Origin: Longimicrobiales bacterium
GTDB taxonomy: Bacteria; Gemmatimonadota; Gemmatimonadetes; Longimicrobiales; Gaopeijiaceae
Assembly: GCA_965249725.1 (NCBI GenBank)
Contig: CBDFMQ010000002.1
Span: 1,728,001 to 1,792,000 of the forward strand
Direction: 5' to 3'
Length of the DNA stretch: 64,000 nucleotides
Shown here: positions 18,627 to 28,413 of the stretch, piece by piece
How positions within the stretch are numbered: the first letter of the stretch is position 1
How the letters are laid out: each line of letters starts with the position of its first letter
The notes under the pieces: generated by a model
Database searches by the model: none
What the model was told of the DNA's origin: nothing
What the model saw: only the letters and a program-made list of their open reading frames with translations
Program-made: the position numbers and the translations under genes

Positions 18627-20302
18627 GCCCCGAGAAGACGCGGGGAGAAGCTCCACGCGGAGTCCGATTCCAGGAGAGCGACGAGGTCGACTTCATTGTC
18701 GTCGGTTCGGGCGCTGCGGGCGGGGTGGTGGCGAAAGAGTTGGCCGTGGCGGGCTTCTCGGTCCTGGTGCTGGAGCAGGGGCCCCGCGTGGCACCCCACG
18801 AATTCAAGCACGACGAGTTCGACACCTTCTATCAGGGTTGGCTCAGCAACACCGCGGAGCTGCAACCGCAGACCTTCAGGGAGGGGCCGGACGCCGATCC
18901 CGTGACGGCCAACGCGGTCAGCTACCATCGGCTCGTCGGCGGGGGAAGCGTCATGTTCTCTGCGAACTACTGGCGCTTCAAGCCGCTCGACTTCATGGAG
19001 AAGAGCATCGTCGGCTCGATCGAAGGCACCGGCCTCGACGACTGGCCCATCACGTACGACGAGTTGGAGCCCTACTACACGAAGGCTGAGTGGGATCTGG
19101 GTATCTCGGGCGAGCCGGGGCCGTTCGACCCGCCGCGCTCACGCCCCTACCCTGTGCCCCCGCTTCCCGTAAAGAGCTCAGGCGTGCTCTTCGAGAGGGG
19201 TGCGCGTGCGCTGGGCCTGAACCCGCAGGTCGCCCCAATGTGCGTGATCTCCGAGCCCTACAAGGGACGCTCGGCGTGTCAGCACTGTGGGTACTGTGCG
19301 GGATTCGGCTGTGAGCACCAGGCCAAGTCCTCGACGCTCTTCACTACGATCCCCGAGGCCGAGGCTACCGGCCGATGCGAGATCCGATCCGAGAGCTACG
19401 TACGCAAGGTGGAGATCGACGACCGAGGCCGAGCCACCGGCGTCATCTACTTCGACGCGGATCGGATGGAGCACTTCCAGCCGGCCAAGGCCGTGGTCGT
19501 CTGTGCCAACGGCGCCGAGACGCCACGCCTGCTCCTCATGTCGAAGAGCAACTTCTTCCCCGACGGGCTGGCAAACTCGAGCGGCATGGTCGGCAAGTAC
19601 CTCATGTTCAACGGGAACGCTGGGACCACGGCCGTCTTCGATCGACCGCTGAACGAGTGGAAGAGCGTGATGGTCACCCGGATGCTCTGGGACTACTACG
19701 ACTCCGATCCTGCGCGTGGGTTCTACGGCGGTGGCGGCCTCGACGCCCGCTACTGGGGGGGATACCCGCTCTTCTTCGGCAGCGGCAGATTCCTCCCGCC
19801 GGGCTCGCCCACCTGGGGACGGGAATACAAGCGCCTGCTCAACAACAACTACTCGCGCACCATGAACGTCGATGTGCACACCACGTCGCTGCCGGTGGAG
19901 ACCAATCGCATCGAGCTCGATCCGGAACTCAAGGACGATTGGGGCCTCCCGGCCATCCAGACCACCTGGAAGGACCACGACGACGACATGGCGATGATGG
20001 CGTTCCTGGCCGAGAAGGCCAACGACATCATGGACGCGGCCGGCGCACTACAGACCTGGCGGCCGGACAACTTCCAGCAAAGCTTCGGGGTGCACCTGCT
20101 CGGGACGTGCCGCATGGGTGACGACGCCAACGCATCCGTCGTGGACAAGTACCACCGGACGCACGACGTGCGGAACCTCTTCCTGGTGGACGGAAGCAGC
20201 ATGGTGACCGGCGGACGCGGGCAGCCGACCTGTACGATCCAGGCCCTGGCCTACCGGGCCGCGGACCACATCGGGCAGTTCGCCCAGCGCGGCGAGATCT
20301 AG
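18623..20302 (+). CDS. GMC family FAD oxidoreductase
   Basis: VGSGAAGG FAD motif; Cys cluster CQHCGYCAGFGC; HLLGTCRMG; ATG overlaps the upstream stop. Confidence 0.92.
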   Translation: MSPEKTRGEAPRGVRFQESDEVDFIVVGSGAAGGVVAKELAVAGFSVLVLEQGPRVAPHEFKHDEFDTFYQGWLSNTAELQPQTFREGPDADPVTANAVSYHRLVGGGSVMFSANYWRFKPLDFMEKSIVGSIEGTGLDDWPITYDELEPYYTKAEWDLGISGEPGPFDPPRSRPYPVPPLPVKSSGVLFERGARALGLNPQVAPMCVISEPYKGRSACQHCGYCAGFGCEHQAKSSTLFTTIPEAEATGRCEIRSESYVRKVEIDDRGRATGVIYFDADRMEHFQPAKAVVVCANGAETPRLLLMSKSNFFPDGLANSSGMVGKYLMFNGNAGTTAVFDRPLNEWKSVMVTRMLWDYYDSDPARGFYGGGGLDARYWGGYPLFFGSGRFLPPGSPTWGREYKRLLNNNYSRTMNVDVHTTSLPVETNRIELDPELKDDWGLPAIQTTWKDHDDDMAMMAFLAEKANDIMDAAGALQTWRPDNFQQSFGVHLLGTCRMGDDANASVVDKYHRTHDVRNLFLVDGSSMVTGGRGQPTCTIQALAYRAADHIGQFAQRGEI

Positions 20303-20329
20303 GAGCCGGGCCTGCTGGAGTCGGTCCGG

Positions 20330-20587
20330 TCAGTCCTCGTTCGACGACCCGGGTGGGCCTGGCAGCTTCTGAGTTGGCGGAGTCGCCCCCGGCGGCGGTT
20401 CGGACCACGGCGCCTTCGACGTGGGGGTTACGACGAGCATACCCATGCCCATGCCCATGCCCATCATGCCCTTCCCACTGGTGGGAATCGCGTGCAGAGA
20501 CGGGGGAGCGGCGAGCGTCCGGATAAGGGGCGTCGCGTAGATCGCACCCTTAGCTACGGACAGTAGGAATTTACGCCGGTCTTTCAT
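20330..20587 (-). CDS. Small protein with Tat-like RRKFL leader, (GM)n tract and Pro-rich tail
   Basis: MKDRRKFLLSVAKGAIYATPLIRTLAAP...GKGMMGMGMGMGM...; GAGGA just upstream of the ATG. Confidence 0.6.
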   Translation of the reverse strand: MKDRRKFLLSVAKGAIYATPLIRTLAAPPSLHAIPTSGKGMMGMGMGMGMLVVTPTSKAPWSEPPPGATPPTQKLPGPPGSSNED

Positions 20588-20633
20588 CGTTCCTCTTCGG
20601 AATGGGCCGAAAGCTCCACTTCAACAGTGCACC

Positions 20634-21011
20634 TTGAACTATCCCCAGGTCAACGCTTTGGCGATGCCTCGGACAGGAGTCGGGATCGCGGGCGTGGTCG
20701 CGTTCAGCGTCAATCAGAAGCAGAGGGACATCGGGGTACGGATCGCGCTGGGTGCGCGCGGCTCCGAGGTGCTCGGCCTTCTCGTCACCTCGATAGCGCA
20801 CCCCGTGGGGTGGGGCCTGTTGGTCGGTCTCATCACTGCCCGAGCGCTGACTGGGACGGTGGAGGCCTTCCTGTTCAGGGTCGACCCGGCCGATCCCCTC
20901 GTCTACGTATTTATGGCCCTCGGCCTGGCCGTCGTCGCTGCCCTCGCCACCCTGATTCTCGCGAGTAGGGCCGCTCGCATCGATCCGATCAAGGTGCTGA
21001 AGACGGAATAG
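20634..21011 (+). pseudogene. C-terminal remnant of an FtsX/MacB-type ABC permease
   Basis: GIAGVVAFSVNQKQRDIGVRIALGA...RAARIDPIKVLKTE corresponds to only the last ~110 aa of a permease that is normally several hundred aa; no upstream portion present. Confidence 0.8.
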
Positions 21012-21161
21012 GCCTTAAGTAGCGAGACGGGTTGCTCTAAGTCGGCCAGAGTGCATACAGTGCGGGTCGCGACATAGGACGTCAGGCCTCATAGTCACCT
21101 GTGTCGCTCCACCGTCAAAAGGGAATCCCGTCTTGCTCATCCTCGCCGTAGACGTCCCCTC

Positions 21162-21786
21162 GTGAGCCGAACCTTCCGTCCGCGCCTCCGCGCCCTGATA
21201 GTGAACTGCTATGCGGACGAGACGCGTCGTCCGGTAGCGCGAAGACAGAAGATCCCCAACTCGCTCGGTCCCGTCTTCCTCGCCGGAGGCCTACACCCAG
21301 AGTTGTGGGACATCCGGCTACACAACGAGATGTCACACGGCCCCCTCGAGGATGAACATGTTCTCGGGTGGCCCGACATCTTGATCATGACGGGCCTCAC
21401 CACGGCGTTGGATCGCATGAAGCACGTAACCGCCTACGCGCGCTCACGAAATCCACGCGTGGTGGTCGTCATGGGCGGGCACCTCGCTCGCTCATTCCCG
21501 AAGCATTGTGCCGAGTTCTTCGACTATGTCTGTCAGGGCGATGTGGAGGAGATCTGTGAGGTGGTCACGGAGGCTTTCGGAGCCGCTTACGCCTCGCCCG
21601 AAATGGTGCCGCGATACGATCTCGCGCCGTGGATCGGGTGGATGGGTTATGCGGAGACGACGCGCAACTGCAACTTCAGCTGCAACTTCTGTGTGCTGAG
21701 CGCCGAAGGGCGGCCCTTTTCGACCTCGACGGCAGACCAGGTGCAGAAGCAGCTCAGGGCAATGGGTGACCGGCGGTACATGATTC
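21162..21786 (+). pseudogene. B12-binding radical SAM protein, 5' part (interrupted by IS)
   Basis: Cobalamin-binding-like VVVVMGGHL...VCQGDVE and CNFSCNFC (CxxxCxxC); the frame breaks at the TSD. Confidence 0.88.
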
Positions 21787-21799
21787 GGCGCTTATCCCC

Positions 21800-21828
21800 T
21801 TGACGCACGATATGGAGGCTGATACCAT
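21800..21828 (+). promoter_or_regulatory. Inward-facing sigma70-like promoter in the left IS end
   Basis: TTGACG (21800-21805), N17, TACCAT (21823-21828), preceded by TGn. Confidence 0.6.
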
Positions 21829-21833
21829 GAGAT

Positions 21834-22337
21834 ATGAGCGCGAAACGCGAAGTGTGGAAACGGTTCTGGCCGCCGTGTACGACGACGGCGGTATTCTGTG
21901 GCCTTCTGGTGGACTTTCGGGGTGCCGTGTCCAAGGTGGCGTCTATGTGGCCGCTTATTGAAGCCCTGCTGCCGATCCTCGCCTTGGGCGGCACGGTCGG
22001 CGGTAGCATCTGGCTTACCGGCACGATATGGGAGTGGTGGAAGCCTCGACGCTTGTCGGTGCAGTTACGGCAAATGGCCCCGGAAATAGACCTAGTCCAA
22101 TCCAAACTTCGGGGGCACTACGACTACGGAGAGCCCAATCCGAGGGCACTGGCCATGCTGATTGACGACCTGTGGCGTCGATTCGGAATCAAAACACCCG
22201 ACTTGATGACGATGGAAGAGTGGAAAGACTATCTTTTCGCACTTTACCGTCTCGCTCGTCAGGGCAAGGTGCGGGATGCGCGTAGACTCAGGTCATCCCG
22301 GATGCTCACCGAGCGGGCCCAATTACGGGAAGAGTGA
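21834..22337 (+). CDS. IS passenger hypothetical protein (one TM segment)
   Basis: 167-aa ORF inside the TIRs; alternative ATG at 21945; no recognisable family. Confidence 0.55.
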   Translation: MSAKREVWKRFWPPCTTTAVFCGLLVDFRGAVSKVASMWPLIEALLPILALGGTVGGSIWLTGTIWEWWKPRRLSVQLRQMAPEIDLVQSKLRGHYDYGEPNPRALAMLIDDLWRRFGIKTPDLMTMEEWKDYLFALYRLARQGKVRDARRLRSSRMLTERAQLREE

Positions 22338-22363
22338 TGTTGCACATAGGCGATTGCGGTCTT

Positions 22364-22624
22364 TTAAGAACGAGTTCGAACAAGCTCGAACAGAGTAACA
22401 ATAATGGCCGGTGCTAGGTATAGGTTGAAAGCCTCAACGAACAGGGGATTAGGTGCTTCATCCTGTAACCCGAAACCAGCCATGACTGTATTGATCCCCA
22501 AAGAAATGACCCCCATTAGGACTATTTGTCCTCTGCCATTTGGTTGTTCTCGAAACTTCCTGCAAAAGTATAGGCACAGCCTGAGAATCAGATAAGAGAT
22601 GACTAAGGCACCTATGAAAAACAT
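22364..22624 (-). CDS. IS passenger small membrane protein
   Basis: 86 aa, three hydrophobic segments, visibly AT-rich; AGGGAGG upstream, just after the transposase stop. Confidence 0.6.
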   Translation of the reverse strand: MFFIGALVISYLILRLCLYFCRKFREQPNGRGQIVLMGVISLGINTVMAGFGLQDEAPNPLFVEAFNLYLAPAIIVTLFELVRTRS

Positions 22625-22637
22625 GATTGTCCCTCCT

Positions 22638-23537
22638 TCACGCCACCAGGGTTCGGTATTCCAGCGGGTCGGTATTCATGATCCGCGCCAGCGTGTCGCG
22701 GAAGAGGTACGGATTGTCACGGTTGTTGAATCTCCATTCCAGCTCTTCGAGGTAACGGTCTAGATGCTTCCGCGAGATCTTGTGGAACGCGCCCATGATG
22801 GAGCGCTTGAAGAGACTCCATACGCCTTCGATGGAGTTGGTATGAACGTCACCAACGACCCACTCGTCTGCGGAATGCTGGACCGTCTCATGTCGAGTAT
22901 CGGCGTCCCCGATCCCGAGATAGCTCTTGAGTTCGTCGGTGTAGATCGCTTCTGCTTCGTCCTTGACGGCTCTGGAAATGAAGGAATGGAGGGTGGCCCG
23001 CTTGATGTCGGGGATGCGCTCCAGACGCACTTTGCCGCCCCGCTGGATAGCTCCGGCAACCCACGTCTTGTTGCCTTTGTACGCCGTGCCCTTGCCCTTC
23101 GTCTTGCCGCCGATGAGCGTCTCGTCCACTTCGACAACACCGACGAGCGTGGGGCCACGCAGCGGATCGTTGCCCATGGCCTCGCGGATGCGATGGCAGA
23201 GATACCAAGCCGTCTTGTAAGAGCCGATCCCGAGGGTGCGCCACAACTGATGGGCGCTCATGCCCTTCTTGCTCTCACACAGCAGGAAGATGGCCAGGAA
23301 CCAAGTGCGGAGCGGTAGGTGGGAATCGTGCATGATCGTGCCCGCCGTAACGCTGAACCGATAGTCGCATGAACGGCAGCAATACTGATTCCGGCTCTCG
23401 ATCTCGCCCACGTCCATGTCTCCGCATCGGAGGCAGGCAACGCCGAATGGCCAGCGGATCGCCTCCAAGGTGTCGCGGCACTTCGCATCGTCGTTGTAGC
23501 GATCCATCAACGTTAACAGGCTGATCTTTCGACCCAT
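22638..23537 (-). CDS. IS1595-family DDE transposase
   Basis: Zn ribbon RWPFGVACLRCG...YCCRSC, HTH, VEVDETLIGG, IYTDE, HTNSIEGVWS and YLEELEWRFN. Confidence 0.96.
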   Translation of the reverse strand: MGRKISLLTLMDRYNDDAKCRDTLEAIRWPFGVACLRCGDMDVGEIESRNQYCCRSCDYRFSVTAGTIMHDSHLPLRTWFLAIFLLCESKKGMSAHQLWRTLGIGSYKTAWYLCHRIREAMGNDPLRGPTLVGVVEVDETLIGGKTKGKGTAYKGNKTWVAGAIQRGGKVRLERIPDIKRATLHSFISRAVKDEAEAIYTDELKSYLGIGDADTRHETVQHSADEWVVGDVHTNSIEGVWSLFKRSIMGAFHKISRKHLDRYLEELEWRFNNRDNPYLFRDTLARIMNTDPLEYRTLVA

Positions 23538-23709
23538 GGCTCAAGCTCCCAAGAAAAAGAAGCGGCGTCCACGGACTGTCCCCAAGACCATCGCGACCAA
23601 AACGGACCGCGAGATTATGGAGACGGTGTTCGGCAAGCGGATCGTCGAGGCCGCTGACGCCGAAGTCAAGTCCGTGAAACAAGTTGCATCGTCCATGGAT
23701 GAAGAATAA
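23536..23709 (+). CDS. 57-aa basic small ORF divergent from and overlapping the transposase start
   Basis: MAQAPKKKKRRPRTVPKTIATKTDREIMETVFGKRIVEAADAEVKSVKQVASSMDEE*; below the ORF-track length cutoff. Confidence 0.45.
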   Translation: MAQAPKKKKRRPRTVPKTIATKTDREIMETVFGKRIVEAADAEVKSVKQVASSMDEE

Positions 23710-23731
23710 CACCTATGTTATCGTGCGTCAA
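23703..23731 (-). promoter_or_regulatory. Inward-facing sigma70-like promoter in the right IS end (towards the transposase)
   Basis: Minus strand TTGACG (23731-23726), N17, TATTCT (23708-23703), preceded by TGn. Confidence 0.6.
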
Positions 23732-23745
23732 GGGGATAAGCGCCC

Positions 23746-24702
23746 ATGATTCTGGTCGACAACAACTTCTACGGGAGTGACCGTGGGAGTTTTCGGAAGC
23801 GCGTGGGGGCCGTGAAGGAGGGGTGGGAGCGGGGCCAGTATCGAGGGTGGGGGGCGCTCGTCACCAATGACTTCTACCTCGACCGAGGGAACCTGCCACT
23901 GGTCAAGGATGCGGGTTGCCAATTCCTCTTCAGCGGCGTGGAGTCCTTCGACCCCGCGTGGAACGCGCTCCAGAACAAGCGCCAGAACGACATCCGACCG
24001 CCAACAGAGGTGATCGAGGAGTGCCTGGAGATGGGGATCGTGTTCTTCTACGGCCTCATTCTCGACCTCGGGACCAGGACGATCGCGGATATCCGGGCGG
24101 AACTCGACTACGTGGTGAGCCAATCCCAAATCACCCTTCCGGCGTTCCTCTCGATGCCCGTTCCGATTCCCGGGACGCCCCTCTTTCGGCAGCTCCTGGA
24201 GGATCGCAGACTCCTCCCTGACACCAAGATCCGCGATCTGGACTCGACTACGATTTCTCTCGACACTGTCGATCCGCTGGATGAGGCCGCCGAGTTCTTG
24301 AGGGGGCTTCAGTCGTTCAAGGGTTACCGCCGCCGCGTGCTTCAGCACGCGGCCGGTTTCTGGAAGAGATATCGAAAGGTGCTCACGCGCGAGCAGATGG
24401 TGGTGGCGACGGCCAATGGTGCGCTTTGCGTGGCCCCTCTCCTCGCAACGGGGCCCACGAGCCTTGGAGGCCGGGGCCCCCGGAGAACACATGTGAGCAC
24501 CACGGAGGCGATCGATCGCTTCTACGAGCCGGCCTTTCGCGTCGCCGCCGAGTACGAAGGGCACTTCAAGCCCACTATGCTCACATCACGCGATCGGGAG
24601 ATCTCGGAAGACCTGCACGAAGATGTCTTCGGAACCACTCATGGTGCCGGCGCCGAGGTACCGCTGCCGATGGTTGCCGCCCGCGCCCGCACGGTAGGGT
24701 AA
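23746..24702 (+). pseudogene. B12-binding radical SAM protein, 3' part
   Basis: MILVDNNF...GCQFLFSGVESF...PIPGTPLF continues the TIM barrel; joins the 5' part in frame once the IS and one TSD copy are removed. Confidence 0.88.
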
Positions 24703-24713
24703 GGAGGCCCCCG

Positions 24714-27700
24714 ATCGATCCACCGAAGCGCTTTACCCTGCTGCGCCGGCTCGGTGAGGGTAGCTTCGGGACCGTGCACGAGGCTCTCGACACCACCACG
24801 GGACAGCGTGTAGCTCTCAAGCAGCTTCAACGGTTCGAGTCGGACGGACTCCTCCGATTCAAGAGGGAATTCAGGGCCCTCGCAGATATCAGGCACGAGA
24901 ACCTGGTGCGCTTCGGCGAGTTGGTCTCCGAGGACGATGAGTGGTTCTTCACCATGGAGCTGGTCGAGGGTGTGCCTCTCCACGACTACGTGATGGCCGA
25001 GGGCGACACGAGCGCGGGTGGTAGCGCCTTTCGCTTCAGGTTCGATGAGGCGCGACTCAAAGCCTCGTTTTCTCAACTCGTCGAGGGTGTCCACGCCATC
25101 CACTGCGCAGGGATGCTCCACCGTGACTTGAAGCCCCCCAACGTCCTGGTCACGAAAGAGGGACGGGTCGTGATTCTCGACTTCGGACTGGTGGTGCATC
25201 TCGGAGCCGATGACGCCACTCGCTCGACTCAGGTGGTCGGGACTCCTGCGTACATGTCGCCTGAACAAGCCCAGGGGAAGGGCGCGGGCACACCGAGTGA
25301 CTGGTACGCCGTGGGACTGATGCTCTTCGAGGCGCTGACGGGTGAGTTGCCCTTCAAGGGCGGCGTCTTCGAGATGATCGTGCAACGCCACACGGAGGAT
25401 CCCGCGCGTCCCTCGACACTCGACCGCTCCCTTCCTAAGAAACTCGACGACCTCTGTTACCGACTCATCGCAAGGGATCCCGAGGCTCGCCCCTCGTACG
25501 AAGAGTTGTCGAGGGCATTCGGCTCCCAGCCCCCTCGCCCTCCCACCCCGCAAATCAGAACGGCGGGTGAGATCTTCGTCGGCCGGACCGCCGAGCTGGC
25601 TCGCCTTCGGGAGGCCTTTCAAACAGTCAAGGATGGAGGGGCCGCGCAGGTGCTGGTCGGAGGGCCGTCTGGCATCGGCAAGACAAGCCTCATCAAGCAC
25701 TTCCTCGACGAGATTCAGGCCGAAGATCGGCGGGCGCTTCTGTTGCGCGGAAGGTGCTACCGAAGCGAGTCGGTGCCCTACAAGGCGTTCGACGGGTTGA
25801 TGGATGACCTCACCGACCACCTCACCCGGCTGGAAACGGCCGAGGCCGCCAGATTCCTCCCACGTGATTGGCCGGCTCGCCCGCCTGTTTCCCGTGCTGC
25901 GCGAGCTGGGAGAGCGGGTTGCGAGCCGTCGAGGGAGCGACGCGGCCCCCGACGCCCATGAGGCACGTCGGCGGGGGTTCTCGGCCCTCCGGGAAATGCT
26001 CGGGCGTCTCGGAGACGATCGACTTCTGGTTCTATTCATCGACGACCTGCAATGGGGTGACGTGGATAGCGGGCGTCTGCTCCGGGAGATCATGAGGCCG
26101 CCCGACGCCCCACCCATCCTGCTGCTCGCGACCTTTCGGAGTGATGATCGGGCGAACAGCCCCATCTTCCAGGAGATGGCGGGCACAGACGAGGAGGAGC
26201 AGCCTGCGCTCGAGATCGCGCTCAGCGAGCTTTCCGTCGAAGAGTCTCTCCATCTCGCCCTGTCCCACCTCGAGGATGACTCGGCCGAGGCGCGAGCGCG
26301 AGCGCGCGAACTGGCTCAGGAGGCGGGCGGGAGCCCGTTCTTCATGGCGGAGCTCGTCCGCCACGGAGGCTTCGGGAACGCAGACTCGACGGACCCCGTG
26401 CGGCTTGAGAGTGTGATCGAGTCCAGGCTCGCGATTCTGCCCGACGACGCTCGCAGGTTGCTGGATTGTTTCGCGGTGGCGGACCGACCCCTGGAGCTGT
26501 CCATCGCCAACCAGGTCGCGGGCTTGGATCCTGGAGATACGACTGCTATCGACGTTCTGCGCGTTGAGAATTGGCTTCGCGAGAGGAGCGGGACGGGCCG
26601 AGACATCCTGGAGCCATACCACGATCGCATTCGGGAAACCGTCGCAGCCTTGGTGCCGGATGAGGATCTCTCGTCCTATCACAACAGGCTTGGGCATGCG
26701 CTGGATCTGGCGGGAGAGGCCGATGCCGAGACCCTCGCCGAGCACTACCTACGTTCGGGCGAGGACGAGCTGGCAGCCCGGCATGCGCTTCGTGCCGCCG
26801 ACCAGGCGGCCAACGCACTCGCCTTTGATCGGGCGGCCCGCCTCTACGAGATGGGACTCGGACTGTGGGAGCCCGCTACTCAGGACACGCGGCAGTCTCT
26901 CCGCATTCGTTGGGCCGACGCCCTCGCAAACGCCGGGCGAGGTGAAGAGGCAGCGCGCGCGTATCTCGAGGTGGCCAAGAAGTCCGTGCCACGGGAGCGG
27001 CTCGAATTGAGGCGAATCGCGGCCGAGCAGTTCCTAAATTCAGGCTTGATCGACGAGGGATTGGAGGTGCTACAAAGCGTTCTACGCGAAGTCGGGATGC
27101 GTCTCCCCGGCTCTCCGTGGCGCGCCTTGGTAGCCTTGCTCATGCGGCGTGCCCGGTTGCGGATCCGCGGCCTCGGCTACACGCCACGTCGGGAGTCGGA
27201 AATCGACGAGCAGGTCCTTCAGCGGGTCGACATCTGCTGGACGGCGGGCGCGGGCCTGGCCATGGTCGATGTCATCCCAAGCGCACACTTCCAGTCCAAG
27301 CACCTGCACCTGGCGCTCCGCGCCGGGGAGCCTGCCCGAGTAGCACGGGCGCTGATCACCGAGCTCGGAATATCCTCGGCCAGCGGGAGCCGACAAGCCA
27401 AACGAACGGCCGCTCTGCTCGAGCGTTGCCGTCAGCTCGTTGAGGAATTGGATCAGCCGTACGCTCGAGGTTGGCTGGCGACGGCGGAGGGCATCAGTGC
27501 CAACCTGAGAGGCGATTTCGTTACTGCCCTGGAACGGGCCAGGAGGGGTGAGGAGATCCTCCGCGGCGAGTGTACCGGGGTGACCTGGGAACGGGACACC
27601 GCGCTCCTCTATGAACTGCATTCTCTGGTAAACCTGGGGAGGTGGCGGGGGCTCACCACCCGGGCGTACAAGGTGCTCCAAGAGGCCTTGGAACGTGATG

Positions 27701-28356
27701 ATCTGTACCTCAGCAGCTATATCCTGACCCGCAACCGCTTCGTTGAACACCTGCTGGACGACCAGCCCGAGCAGGCCCGAGCTGCCCAGGAGGTGGGGCT
27801 CGGATCCTGGTCCAGGCAGGGGTTTCACGTCCAGCACTACTGGGACTGGTATGCGCGCGGAGAGATCGACCTGTACGCCGGTAACCCCACCCGAGGTTGG
27901 GCTCGCATTGCAGCACAGTGGAGGGAGTTCAAGAGGTCGCTGCTCCCGCTAACGCAGTCATTGGCGATCGAAACGAGGTTTCTGAGGGCCCGCATCGGCA
28001 TCGCATGCGCCATCGACGACCCAGGACAGTCCAACCTGTACCTGGGGCAGGCGCAAGCCGACGCCAAATGGCTTCACGGAGAGAAATCCCGTTGGGCCGA
28101 ATCCGTCGCTCTTTCTGTAGACGCTGGTGTGGAGAGCGTACAGGGCGATCTTGGTCGGGCGAGAGAACTGGCCGCTGAGGCGGCAGAGGCCCTCAACGCA
28201 CTAGGAATCGAGCACTACGCAGAGGCCGCTTCGCGGCGGGCCGACGCAGGGAGCTCAAAGATCGACCTACGAGATGATCAGAGCTGGCTAGCGGTTCAGC
28301 GAGTCGAGAATCCAGAGCGGATGCTCGCCATGCTCTCACCGGGAAAGTGGACTTGA
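24714..28356 (+). pseudogene. Ser/Thr protein kinase fused to STAND/AAA NTPase and helical repeats; frameshift near 25875
   Basis: LGEGSFG, VALK, HRDLKPPN, DFG, GTPAYMSPEQ and Walker A GPSGIGKT in one frame; LARLFPVL and Walker B LFIDDLQW in the next frame. May be a true lesion or a sequencing error. Start is uncertain. Confidence 0.8.
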
Positions 28357-28413
28357 GACCCTGAGGGCCTTTGCGGCCCTTCGACGTTACAGCCCTGCAG
28401 CCGAGGAGGCACC

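Larger units (their letters stand above)
21787..23744 (-). mobile_element. IS1595-family element with passenger ORFs (1958 bp)
   Basis: Perfect 26-bp TIR GGCGCTTATCCCCTTGACGCACGATA at 21787-21812 and its reverse complement at 23719-23744; 8-bp TSD CATGATTC at 21779-21786 and 23745-23752. Confidence 0.97.

Noticed and set aside
24426..24713. N-terminal extension of the kinase ORF from TTG 24426
   Set aside because: It overlaps the radical SAM 3' end in another frame and translates to low-complexity Arg-rich sequence.
24639..26186. Long antisense or alternate-frame ORFs (also 7585-8949, 28959-30122, 39028-40218, 57873-58871)
   Set aside because: Shadow ORFs expected in high-GC DNA over well-supported genes; no motifs.
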